A stretch of DNA of 63,044 nt, counting the filler, from Choristocarpus tenellus KU-1152 (lineage: Eukaryota; Protista; Phaeophyceae): NCBI GenBank assembly GCA_964200185.2. It is 10 parts of 10 records of this genome, joined end to end, with 100 filler letters (N's around TTAATTAATTAA, not from the genome) between each part and the next. Parts side by side here need not be neighbours in the genome. Positions count along the whole stretch, not along the records: positions 22,621 to 41,916 come from CAXNAD020000476.1; 9 more parts are not named here. One strand, written 5' to 3'. Both the position numbers and the translations under genes were made by a program. The first letter of the stretch is position 1. Every line of letters begins with the position of its first letter. This document shows positions 25,801 to 38,599 of the stretch, one piece after another. Below the pieces are notes generated by a model, which made no database searches, was not told where the DNA came from, and saw only the letters and a list, made by a program, of their open reading frames with translations.

Positions 25801-28800
25801 CCAACTCATCAGTGTCACCCACGTCCAGATCACCCTCCTGTGTAGCACCACAACACATCAAAACATTCCAATTAAAAAAAACCAAGCACGAGCAGGTCAG
25901 GTCAAAGTTAAAAAATAATAATAAATAGTAACGATTCAGTTCGATAAAGAAGAAAAATTCAGAAACTTCTTTTTCTCCACCTACTCAATCAGAACCAAAA
26001 ATGCTTTGAACTCTAGACAGTTTCGGACACAATATTGTTCTGTTTCAATATGTGGATGTATGTATGTTTTTGTTGCATTTCTTATATTTTGTACCCCTTT
26101 TTTTGTTATGCCTGTAAAATCAATAATCCAACCATCGGACTATAGTTTAGTGAGTTGATAACCCTAACCCTAACCAATGCATGCGTTTATAAAGTGAACA
26201 GACGCCCATCCATAATCATTAAAAAAAAAAAACTTCTGATTCAAATTTCGAGTCCATTTTTTTTGCAAAGAATATGTCAGAATAATGAAAAAAAGTATCA
26301 TCCTCAAAATGAATAAATATATGAATAAATAAACACCAGACTTCATCACCCTCAAAGACATCCATTACACCACAGCCCACCAAGGCTATTTTATTTACTT
26401 CTTGTCCACATGCCACCAATACTTTATCTGACCTCTCTTCCCTCAGTAGAACAGTCAGCCGCTGCATTCTTGTCATCATCATCCCCACCATCACAATCCT
26501 TCACACCAACACCCATATTAGGAACATCCACATCTCTTGGGATCATGACCACATCCACATTTCCATCCACATCGCCCCCCTCTGCCATGGAATCACCTTC
26601 CTCATGAACACCTGATTCAGTAGTAGCAACACCAACACATCGAAGGCGTGTAGTGCGTGTCATTGCATCGTGATGTGCAAAATCAAATTCTATTGGACAA
26701 TTAAAAAAAAGTAGAAGTGAAAACAGACATTCTATTGGTTGATTCCTAAATGCTGCATTTTCTATGCTGTCCTTTACCCCTTGATTACAATTTATGATTC
26801 CTATCAGATATTGTTAATCCCTCTCTGCGGCCTTCAGCTAGTCACAACCATAATGGAATGTTTGACGAGGTCTTCATCTCTTCACCAACCAAACTCCTAA
26901 TTTAGACAACTACAGCAGGGCTACCAGAGCTGCCAATTGTACTCATTAGCACCAGGTTGGTGATGCTCTGTAGCAATAGCACCTGTCAGATCCTCAACAC
27001 CTGAGTCATACAAAGCACAGTAGTGCTATTATGAGGGACAACAATTTTGACCACAACAGCAATGCCACCAGGGGTGCTTGTAGTACTCAGTAGCACTGTG
27101 AAGATCCTCCGTAGTGCTCTGTAGCATTGTCACTCCTTCAACATACACCCGATTTGGATGAATCGTCTCATCAACAACAATGCAAAGGCCAACACTAAGG
27201 TCATATTATGAGGGTAGGAAGAGAATGTCCACTGTGAACGCCTCCATCCCATTGAAATACAACAAACTTGAACACTGTGAAACTTTGTCTTGGTAACTAA
27301 ACAAAAACCATCAAATCAACCTTCAAAACCATCAGCGACCTTCAAATCCATTTAGAGTCCTACAGATCTCAGAGACACTACCACATCCTGTCTGGAAAAG
27401 GCTGACACAACAACACCATGTTTTGCTCAGAGAGCTCAAGATAAGCCAACTTTATATTCTTCAAGCCAACCATTATCTCTTCAGCAGACACACAAAGCAA
27501 GCAACATTGGCTTCCACCTTGAGTATGTAGGTAGGTAAAAACTTGGGGGAAAACCTGCACCATGAGTCTGAGGTCCAATTCTAGGTCCCGAATGCAAGGG
27601 TACCATCCACACAGGTCTCCCCATTGAGCATCTTAAAAAACTCCAAAATGGACTTTACAAGGAGCATCACTACTGTCTGGTTTCTCCATCATAATTCCTC
27701 AGAAAAGCACGAAATTTTAGACCTCAAAACCTGCAATGGTTACAATAACCCTAAAAACCCTAACCCTAACCCAAGGGTTTTAATATCACCTACTCCTATG
27801 AATATATCTCCATCTTGCTGGGTGGCAAGCCCAACCTCAGGGTCTTAGGGTTAGGTTCGTTCTGTTTGTATTCATCTCCCTGTTGTCCTTCACCAGAGTC
27901 ATCTCTCTCTCTCTCTCTCCCTTGTCTATGTGTTTGTAACCGAATATATGGTACATGCACATGTACCAACATCGCAGTCATAGCTTCGGCACTTGCCATC
28001 ACAGCATCCATCCTCAAGAGTCAACTCTGGCATGCTCATCACAAACAGTCAGGAAAACTTAGAAGTGATACAATATCACCACTCAAACCTCTGCTAAGTT
28101 CAGACTTCAAAATTTCCTGCTTACAATTCAACATCTTATCATCATGAAGTCGGCTTCTCCTCCACTCCCACACAAAAGCCAACCAAACTCATTAAACATC
28201 CTCAACTCATGTTCAATAGTTCCAACCAAACAACTCAGTAAACAAAAATACTATGTTCTTACTTTTCCCTTGCAAATATATTCAACTAACATTCTGAACC
28301 TAAGAGAAGAGGAGCCAAAGTATCTCCTTGTCAAGGTTTGAAGTTGGCTTTCTAGAGGAACGTTGTCGCCCTGCAGGGGAATCACACCAGCTTAACAGTG
28401 ACAGCTGGGAGTTGAGTAGCCTGCTTGGGGATACCCTTCAATCGAGGATGGAATAGTCTGCACCACGTGAAGTCCAATAAAGTAAAAGACTGGTCCACTC
28501 TGTCCCTGGGAACTAAGGGTGAACTGCTGCCTCTGCTCTCAGTTCCAAGATATTAAAAAATGGGTTCACGAGATAGAACCAATGCTGCAAAGCAGGTATA
28601 CCTTTTAAGGTACAACAGCCCATGTTAAGAGACCTTGGCGGTCCACCAAATGACAGGAAAGTGTAAACCAGGGATGACCACAATCAAGGGGGTGGATGGG
28701 CCGAAGGAGGAGAAGACAAAGGTCGAGAAGCAAGCCAAGACCAAGGCTGCTCAGTGTGCTGGAAGGATGAGGTCGATGCTGAAATGACCAAGACAATGGG

Positions 28801-29014
28801 AGGAGTGTGCTAAGGAAAGAAGGGCTATGGCGCAGAGCAGAGTACTATTGTGTATAGTACTATTGTGTATCAGACAGTTTACCACTGACACTGAAGAAGA
28901 CATAGCGACCCCCCCAATGGAGGGGGACCTGCTCCTGATCCCCTAATTTCCTTGGGCATTATCATCTAAAGCTAGTGCTATTTCCAAACCCATGACTGTA
29001 GTCACCACGCTCAC

Positions 29015-32000
29015 GTCTGTTGAGCAACCATTGGAGTTCCACAAGATTGTGAAGGTGAGAAGAACAGAGGACAGATATAGCGGGAACATACTGGCATCGG
29101 TCTGAACTGTGGTGAGGTCGGCGGACAAGTGAAACAAGGGCAGCTGCACAAATCTCACTCCCACCTGTGCACTAGTACTAACCCTAACCCTAACTCCTTA
29201 ACACGCCATGTACAAAAAAAATCCCAACCACACTGTACAGAACCTCACGCCTAAGCCAACAGTAATCTTTCAATTGTCATCCCATTTTTTCTCTACAACT
29301 CCACTACCCGCATGTAAAAACCCTTTAAAACCCTAAGCCTAACCCACATGAAACACTTCCCTCCATAGTAAAGTCATCTTCACTGATCATGTTCAGTGAT
29401 GATGTTCACTGATATACATTTCTCCCCACCCCTGTAACAATCCATCTACAAGCCCCAAAAAGGAACGTACTACCCAATCAGAACACATTAAAATTCAATC
29501 CTACTTCCAGGCGCACCTTACCTTCACCTTTACTACAAAAATTCTATTATTATCTGACTGATCAAGAATTATTAAGGTCATGGGTACATGCCCACCTGCC
29601 TGTTCCTTCTCCAACACATCACAAACGTTGCCGTTCACATCATGCCTTTTAATCTACAATCTTAACACACGCCTTCCATGGCACCTACAAGACCACCTTA
29701 CCTGCAGCAGCCTTCTCCTCTAGCACATCTCCCCCTTCCCTATTTTCCCCATCCATGTCCTCTGTCACCTCCAAGACCTCCTCACTTCCAACCTCCTTCT
29801 CATCGCCTGCTGCACTTGGATCATCTCCATCCACCTCCCTAACCCTAGACTCATCTATCACATCCTTCAATTCACCATCTGCACCCCCTTCCATTGTCAC
29901 TTCCTGGTCAATAACAGGTACACCCTCATCTGTCACAGCTTCACCTTCACCTTCACCTTCCTCAGTCACTACAACCTTGTCCACAGTCCCAACTTCCTCC
30001 TCCTCACTCCCAACCATAGCCTTAACCTCATCCCCATAAGTGGTCTCACCACCCCCAACTTCAGTATCATCACCCACAGCCTCCTTGTCCACATGGCCCT
30101 CCCCCAGTCCTCCATCTTCCCCTTGGAGTGACCCTACCTCTACCTCTACCACATCGCGGACTGCTACTGCTATCTCTCCACCCACCACACCACCTTCAAC
30201 ATTACCACCTTCAACATTACCACCATCACCATCACCAACTTCACCATCCTCTTCTTCAACCTCATCTGCCTCCCCTCCCACCCCATTCTCCTCCACCCCC
30301 CTATCACCACCCACCCCCCCTACCATCTCACCTTGGCACGTCTCTCCACCTTCCTCAACCATTTCCCCCCCTTCCTTGCAAGTCTTCACATGTACTGACT
30401 CCCCCTCCCCCTCCCCCTCCCCTACCACCTCCTCCGTACTTCCAACACCACCCTGAGACTCTTCTCCTCCATCTTTTCCTCCCTCGCCATCCCCCCCTAC
30501 CCGGGCAAAGTCCAATTCCAGATCCCTGGCCTCCCCAACAGTCCACACAGGAGCAAAATCTACATCTTCCTCTTCCCTCTCTTCCCTCTCCTCCCTGACC
30601 TTTGATGCACCCTCACCTACGGAACTCCCAATACTATCCCCCTGGAGCAGGTGAGAAAAGTCTTCTGCCTGTGTTCCAAAACTGGCCATGCTCTTGCTGC
30701 GCTTGTGCAAACGGACGGCGTCCAAAGCTATCGTCCGGATCGCGTCCATCGCTGTCGGGCTCAGCTTCGAGGGCCCTTTAACTTTGCTCTTGAGGGTCTG
30801 CCAGTGGTCCTTCCCCTTGCGAGGCGTCTGCTTAGAGGACGAGAAGGACACTCCGTGAACACTAACACTACGCTGAAGAACGCCTCCGACTGGAGTTCCA
30901 TCGGGGAGGAGTTCGCCTTCTTTGACCTCCTCCTGCCCCTCCCCCAGCTTCCCAACACCCTCTGCCTCCCCCTGTCCAACATCCTTGGCCTCGGTTGAGA
31001 CCTTCTCCATTAAGGGTCCCTTGCTTGGACTTGCATTTGATGGAGTAACAGTGCCATCCGAAGTTGCCTCTGATGATGTGTCTTATCAATTGATAGAACA
31101 GATAGATGGTGCGGGGGAGGAAAGGAATCACAGCGAAGTGTCAGTTGTGCAGGGGAAACAAATCATCCACGAAGCCAATTTCAACCAATGTTATACCAGA
31201 TCCCCAGAGCTACTACATAGGGAGCTAACTTATCTCCACGCGTGTGCTTATCAACATATGGTTCTGTCTGCGAGACTCCTGGGAAAATTAGGGTTAGGGT
31301 GTACTCAATGCATTCTGCCAATAGATCACCTTCCAAGAGCTGAGTATACAAAAACGACCACACCTAATACACCCTTCAATATGATCATTACTTCTGTGAT
31401 CAATTCAGATCTCCTCTCCCACTGCCGTTCTGTTCCACTCACTCTATCCTCTATCACTCTATCCCTCTATCCTCTTTCACTCTATCCCTCTGTCCCCTAC
31501 ACAAGGCCTACGGAATGTTACCCTCTCAACGTCCAAGGCCAACCAACACCTAGCAACCCCTAACCCTAACCCTAACCCCCCCAAAAAATATACGCAGAAA
31601 AAAAAACAAATGACCCACCACACCAGAGGACAGACTCACCCAACTCATCCAGGCCCAAGTTTTGCAGCATTGATACCACCTCACCAACCACTCCAGAATC
31701 TCCCCCATGTCGCTCCAAACAGCTCCTCAACAACTCATGACCGCACTCTGCCCCCTCCTTGCTCTCAAACAGCATCTCCACATCCCTTCGTCCCGTGTCC
31801 ATGGCAATCAGCGCCCGCCACCCGGCCTCCTGAACACGAGCATCCTGGGGATGAGACGCCATGGCAGCCAGGATGACACCGCCTCCCTGCAATGCTTCAA
31901 TCGACTCAGTATTATCTCCGCAGGACTTGCTCCCATCCTTTCCAGTGTCCTCTTCAACATCAAAGGGCAACGCCGACTTAGGTTCCTGGCTGCCAAGAGA

Positions 32001-34760
32001 GCCTCGTCTTGAAATATCCTGCTTGTGACCTGAGGTTGGTTCCAAGCTACCAAGAGATCCTCTTCGGGACTTGTTGAGGTTGGAAGGCAAGGAAGGTTCC
32101 TGCCCACTCTTGGGTCCACGTTTTAGGGTACTTGATCGAGTCAGGCGGCAGGTGATAAGGTCCAATGCGGCCTTGGAAATAGCTGTTGACAGGGGGGGGA
32201 GGGGGGAGGGGGGCAGAGACAGCAGAGCGTTTCATGAAGTTTTACGGTACCTGGGAAGGCTTTTCTCAAACAAAAATGGGCAATCTCTACGGGCAGTGAC
32301 CAACAAAAATCTTCATTACAAATATAAAGTGCAGCCTTTGCAACACAAGAACAGTAATGATAATAATAAGAAGAAGAAGAAGAAAACAGCCTGCGTACCC
32401 TTGCACCACATCTTCCAACCACGTCGGATCACTTTGAACCAAAAAGGGACAAAGAACCTCAACACAAGCTCAACACAAGCTCAACACAAGCTCAACACAA
32501 CCCTAACCCCAACACTAACAAACAATCACCAACAAACAGACAAGTGCAAAGCCGTTACAATTGGTCCCATTTCATGTAACACATACACAAAAACAACACC
32601 CTAACCCTACACCCTAAAAACCCTAAAAAACCCAAACTTCACCTGCAGCAGGGCGTCCAGAAACTTCACCCACCCCTCCCAAACAACGGACACCAAGGTG
32701 GAACGTTTCATCCAGCAGACTAGACACTTCATCACCGTCTGCCTTAACCAAGGCCGTGACCGCCGCCAGGGCAGCCGCCAGAGCCCTCGCCTCCGCATCA
32801 TCGCCTGTCACTTCGGCAGAACCAAATCGCGTGGCAGCCGCTACCGCCTTCGACAACGCCCCCACTGCTACAAACTCCTCCGCGTCAGCCTCAGAGGTCA
32901 CAGCCCGCTCCACTATCCTCAAGCAGGCATGGGCCATTCTCGGGTCCTCCGATCCGCACAACTCAGTCAATTCTGCTATCGATTCTGACCCCCTCTCTCT
33001 CAGGGCAGCCATGACAGCTTCTGCACCAACCTTGGAGCACCCCAGAGCGGCGAGCAGACGCGCCGCCCCGAGACTCCCGCCCGTGTCCTCCAGCAGCTTC
33101 GCCCACAGGGCACTCCCACTGACCTCCGCCCTGGGGGCCTTAAGCACCCCCGGGCGCTTCCCCTCCCCCAAGGAAAGCCGCATCAGCCTGGCCAACGAAG
33201 GGGGCGACTCCGAGCCTTCAAGGGGGAACTCCTGTTCCGGAGGCGATGGCGCTTCCGTCTCCGCTCCAAACAGAGACTCAAGGGCAAATTGGGTCACCAT
33301 ATTGTTACCACCAAAGATCCACCACAGGGACAGCCCTGCGGAGTTGCCCACTGGACGAGCCGTCTCACATGCTTCCGCTACAGTGAGCAGGGTACGGACG
33401 CACTTGTCCTCGCTTCGGGGTGTGCGCTCTGAGTTGGTTTCAGGAGGGGTCGAGGTGAGTGCTCTGTTGCAAGCAGCATGGTCCCTCCGAGTGAGACAGC
33501 GCTCAACAGTCTTGAGGGCCGAGACCAATGCGACATCGTAGTCCTCCAGGAGGAAATCTGGGAAGTCGCTGATTGGTTGATTGGTCGAAAACGAAAGGGA
33601 ACGGGGGGTTACAAAAAAGGTACAAAAAAAGTGCAAAAAAGGTACAAAAGGGGAAGATGTGAGATTCATGTATGTGCGTGTGCGTGTGCGTGTGCGTGTG
33701 TGTGTGTCTGTGTGAAGGTGGTTGTGGTACTGCTGGTGCATGTTTTCGATTCTGCATATTACTGCTTTCTATTTCTATTTCTACTTCTATTTATCCTGTC
33801 TTATGTGCACTGATCGACATCTCGAAAAAGACATACATGATCCGAGAGACAAGAAGGAACGTAACGTAACATAACATAACATAACATGCAAGGCAGAATT
33901 TGTGTTGTACTGTGTTTGTGTTGCACTTAGAAGTATTTAATATTAGTAGTATTACTACTACTATTGCAATACATTTTTTTAGGGCTTTCTATAAAGAACT
34001 GCCAACCCAACCCAAAAAATTGAGAATCCTCTGCAGCAGTAAGTGGTGACAAAAGAAAAATTAATTACAAAATCAGGACAATGACATGGAAAAGGTGAAA
34101 ATCCAAAATCATTCACACGTGGAACCCTCACCCTCTCATGAGGGATAGCGTTAGGGTTAGTGTCCTGTCTGGGAAGAATCAAAGGCGTGATTGAGATCAG
34201 AAGCATGACACTACAGAGGGTCACCTCACAGCAAACAATTAAAAAGAAAAAAGTCATCCAGAAAAAACTTCAACATTACTTCTTCTGGTTCTAATAACTG
34301 TTCCTGATTGTAGATCCAATTAATATTCCCGATTCCTCATTTTATTTATTGTTCCAAATTTTGGATCCAATTACTGTTCCTAATATCAGAGGAGTAGGCA
34401 CTAGGGTAGGCAATGAGACTGACGTGCTTCCGAAACATCTCTAGACACAACGAGGACACTAAGAAAAAGAGCCTTTGGCACAGGCCCTCCACAGGTCTCG
34501 TGTTATTTCTGTGACTCTTTCCAAGCACGGTTGTAAGCCCCATTGCGCTCTTCAAGTATTAGATCTAACCACAGCAATCCAGCACACGCAACTCATGGAG
34601 TGAGGCAAGCAACAACCCATCAGGTAAGGTCTTGGTGCTCTTTGCCCACCTGATGGAGCCAAGCAGCACACCAGCAGTTCCTCTCTCTATCAACGCACTT
34701 CTCCCTTCCCCAGTACGGCTAATGCACTCCAGGGCCTCACAACAGGGCCCCAGAATTGAG
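29015..34760 (-). CDS. Large ARM/HEAT-repeat-like protein, internal exons 34760-34570, 33557-32643, 32182-31640, 31081-29702, 29164-29015; 3' end unresolved
   Basis: Five consecutive exons join through phase-1 GT-AG introns. They contain ARM-like segments (ALIERGTAGVLLGSIR; GGGVILAAMASHPQDARVQEAGWRALIAM) and a 1.38-kb E/G/V-rich disordered exon. Confidence 0.7.
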
Positions 34761-34939
34761 CTGTTTTGGAACGAATAAATATACGAGATACACACAAATA
34801 AAAAATTAGAAATGCCTGGTGATATAATAGTAACTCCTCTTATTGTGCACAAGATGTGCAACCAATACAAGAGCTTCTAGGTAGTATAAAGGCCACAGAA
34901 TGCTGTTGATTATTTTTACAATGCTTGACCATGCCCGTC

Positions 34940-35525
34940 AAATTAATGTTATTCACTACTATATTACTATTTGTGATTTTCACTACTATATTGCCATCAA
35001 TGTTATTCACTACTATAATGCTATTCATTATATTCACTATAATATTGCAATTATTGTAATTCACTACTATATTGCTATTAATGTCAATCACTATGTTATT
35101 GCCATCAATGTTATTCACTACTATATTGCCATTAATGTCAATCACTATATTATTGTCATTATTATTGTCATTAATGTTATTCACTACTATATTGCTATTA
35201 ATGTAATTCACTATATAATTCACTATTACATCGTTATTAATGATATTCACTACTATATTGTTATTCATGTAATTCACTATATAATTCACTATTACATTGC
35301 TATTAATGTTATTCACTATATAATTCACTATTACATTGTGATTAATGTTATTCACTACTATATTGCCATTAATATAATTCACTATTACATTGCTATTAAT
35401 GTTATTCGCTATATAATTCACTATTGCATTGCTATTAATGTTATTCACTACTATGTTGCCATTAATATAATTCACTATTACATTGCTATTAATGTTATTC
35501 ACTATAATATTGTTATTCATGTAAC
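34940..35525. repeat. AT-rich minisatellite of 27-bp and 12-bp units (AATGTTATTCACTACTATATTGCCATT-like), probably intronic
   Basis: Roughly 20 degenerate units; translates as (INVIHYYIA)n on + and (NNINGNIVV)n on -. Confidence 0.9.
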
Positions 35526-37088
35526 CCTTGGATACTAAGGATAGCAAATGAAGCAAATAATGTACTCGACTGTAAAAAATATTATCAAATTTAGCACCAT
35601 ATCAAGGCATGAATCAAGAATACTACCCTACTACAAAAACACCAATAGAGATTCTCAAACACCTCACTGGTCATTAAATGATTATAGTTGCACAAGTCGA
35701 TTCCAACCCTAATGCCCCCCAAAAAGTCTTCAAAGCCATCAACTCTAGAACAACAAATTTGCCTACACAACAAGCCCTCCAAATCATCCCCTTTGATTAG
35801 TGTGTTTCAAAACATCCATTTCTCAACTTGTAATCCATTTTGGGACACGGACAGATGCAGTGATGACATAAACACCCAACTTGGACTGGGCACAGATGTT
35901 CTTGTTCTTCCTTTTTTGTTCTGTTTTTTGCTGGGGTTGTACTGCACACCTTGATACCATGATAATATTGTACCATTATACCATTATACCATGATCAACG
36001 AGGCAAAGACCTCATTAAAAAAAAAATGTAATGTCCAATAAAATCAAACCTCTCATGACGCGCAGAAGAGCATTGGGCGTGTTGAGTTGAAGAGTGCACC
36101 GCAGTAACATGACCACAACAAGCAAAATCTACACTGCATTTACTTCACCTTCACCTTGACCTTGACCTTCACCTTCACCTTCAACAAGACCTGACTTCAA
36201 TTGACTTCACTTCAAGAGCCCCTTACCTTAATTCACAACAAAATGTATATGAGAGCATGTTATTACATTTTTCACGCCTTTAAACCCGCCATGCTCTGGT
36301 TTAAATATTCAGAGAAAAAACAACAATAGAATCAACAATAGAATCCAGATTTTTGTTCAGCATCTACTGTGATTTCAAAATTTTGTGAGGTCCTCTTTTT
36401 TCCAAACATCAAGACAAACAAACCTCAAAAACTGGTCCTTCTAAGCTCTGTAAATTGCTATTGTCGAACAGAACTCTCAAGTATTGTGACAGTTCATCCT
36501 GTTCAGGTGGGTCAGCCTGTACTACTACTTCATCCCATTTTTTTTTCGAAAAAATGGCACACAACTCTGAGGTGTATCATCCTCACACACAAGGGACAAG
36601 AGATAGTGTCACGAAAAGTGTTCCGAACGAAAGAGAACAGAATCTTCGATTCAGTCACGTTCTTGGCCAGGATACTCTGCTAGTAGTCACTCACGGGGTG
36701 TGGATACGGCATGAATAGAGTAACATCTTGTACCCATCAAGCTGCTCAAGATTCACATTCAGCCAATGAAATGCGTTGATCCGCGACATTAATTATCCCT
36801 TTTAGAAAAAGGAAATTCACAACAGTGAGAAGGAGCTTAAGCATTACCTGCAGGGATGTAAACACAGGCCAAAAATGCATAGCTGCCGATTTTTCTGAGA
36901 AATGGAAGATTGACCCAACCAGGTTGGTGGAGGGTCAGGGCACCGACCAAGGGACCAAGGTTGGGATAACACGGTAGAATGCGTAACTGACGGTGTAAGG
37001 TGTAAACCGAATCGATCATAACACCATCGGTTTCTGTCACACACTATACCACTGACTAAGCCACTACAACAGTTACATCCCTCATTAC

Positions 37089-38297
37089 CTTTGCACTCCT
37101 CCCTGTGTCTCGAGTATATGCTCCACCTCCGCAAGGGCTCCACTGGTCAAAAGAAGATGAGGGTCTCTACACGCAACTGCAGACATTAGCCGGGCAGACT
37201 CCACGAAGCAATCAAGAATGTGTGTTTCGTCGCCTTTTGTTACAGCAAGGATAAGGCCAAGCGGATTGGTGTTAGTAGCTGAGATGTCGAATGTGGTAGT
37301 AGGAACTACGGCATGCTGCGTACAGCCTTGGAGGAAAGAGAGCTCTCATACTAGGAAGTTGTCGGGACGCGTTAAGGTACAACTGGAAGGATAGAATTAC
37401 AACGCCATTCCCAATCATGCTAATATTCAACGCACTACTTGCCTGTGAGACCGATCTGGAGACGTTGCACCAACGATATCGTCGCATCGCTGACCTGGCC
37501 CAGTTCAACTTGTTCACCAGACAATCCAATGATTGTTCTTGCAACCGCACAGCACAAGCTAACGACAAGCGGACGGGGCAACGGCTTTCCTGAAACTACC
37601 CTAAGAAGAGTTGTCCCATGAAAATAAATCGACAAACGAGTTGATGTTAGAGGCAATATTCATCTTAGTATCGTACCACTGATGATAGTGTAGGGACAGA
37701 TCTTTCGTTGGTACCGCCTGCCGATTATTACTAGGGAGAGGAATCTGAACACGAACCATGTAGACCCTGTCACCCTCACTTTGTAATCACGGAGAGCCCC
37801 CCAGCCTGGCTGAACGCATCTGAAATCTCCTTTGGGTTTGACTTCCCTGAAGTCGTAAAGGTCACATTTTATAAGGTACGCAATCATCGGTTAGGGGAGA
37901 GACTGTGATAATTGAAGATATCTAAAAGGTTTTATTCCAAAAGTTCCAAAGCTGTGCTGATCCACCATGGGGGAAGCAGTTCAAAGCTCTCAACAACACA
38001 ACACGAAAGTTTACCCCAAAAAGGCGGGGACAAACCTGCGGTCAGGTCGTGAAGAATAGTCCGGAGATTATAGCTCACATGCTGATGGAAAGATGCGTGT
38101 TGCGACATCTCAACCACCTTCTTTTCCACCTGCATGAGGGAACATATAGGGTTGGAGAGCATACGGGATAAGGTGAAGTTGTGCCGAACGTTGGTAGGAC
38201 TGCTGTGTGGACAACACTCGAGGTGCCCTTCAAGGCAAAAATTCCTAAGAAAACAACTGACCATGATCGCTGCAGAGGAGGGTCTAGGGGCAGACAT
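37089..38297 (-). CDS. 5' exons (38297-38262, 38129-38036, 37846-37780, 37600-37443, 37176-37089) of a helical-repeat protein, probably the N-terminus of the ARM gene at 29015-34760
   Basis: Five exons join in phase (one via a GC donor) to give MSAPRPSSAAIMVEKKVVEMSQHASFHQHVSYNLRTILHDLTAGKSNPKEISDAFSQAGGLSVITKVVSGKPLPRPLVVSLCCAVARTII...LLLTSGALAEVEHIL. Exons linking 37089 to 34760 could not be resolved. Confidence 0.6.
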
Positions 38298-38599
38298 GGT
38301 TCTGATCTTCTTTGGCCTCAGATCGGATGCCCCTAACCCAACCATACTGTACACAAGCCCTAGCTGAAGATGACCCTCTCGTCCTCTCAGATGTGCGGTA
38401 CAATATTTTTTCTCATTTTTTATATTTTCCATATCACAAAGTTATCTCGATAAGAGAGTATCGAGTTTTGATATGAGGATGGTGTTCAAAATCGAGTCAG
38501 AGTGGAGGGTTAAATAGACAATGAGATGATAAAGCAACTTGGGATAGACTCCAAGTCCTACTCTGCTGTTGTATTACTTTATTGAGTCTCCTTCAACTG

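Noticed and set aside
24852-26663. Poly-E/G, poly-R, poly-K/E and poly-D ORFs
   Set aside because: Explained by microsatellites; no consistent exon chain or domain found, although a decayed gene or element cannot be excluded.
29755-30598. Plus-strand Pro/Ser/His-rich extensin-like ORFs
   Set aside because: Antisense shadows of the acidic minus-strand exon, which has phase-consistent splice sites.
36848-36986. Candidate exon with an in-frame TGA at 36937-36935 (selenocysteine or readthrough)
   Set aside because: The TGA lies in a CTGAC branch-point-like motif upstream of another AG, and the exon structure here is unresolved.
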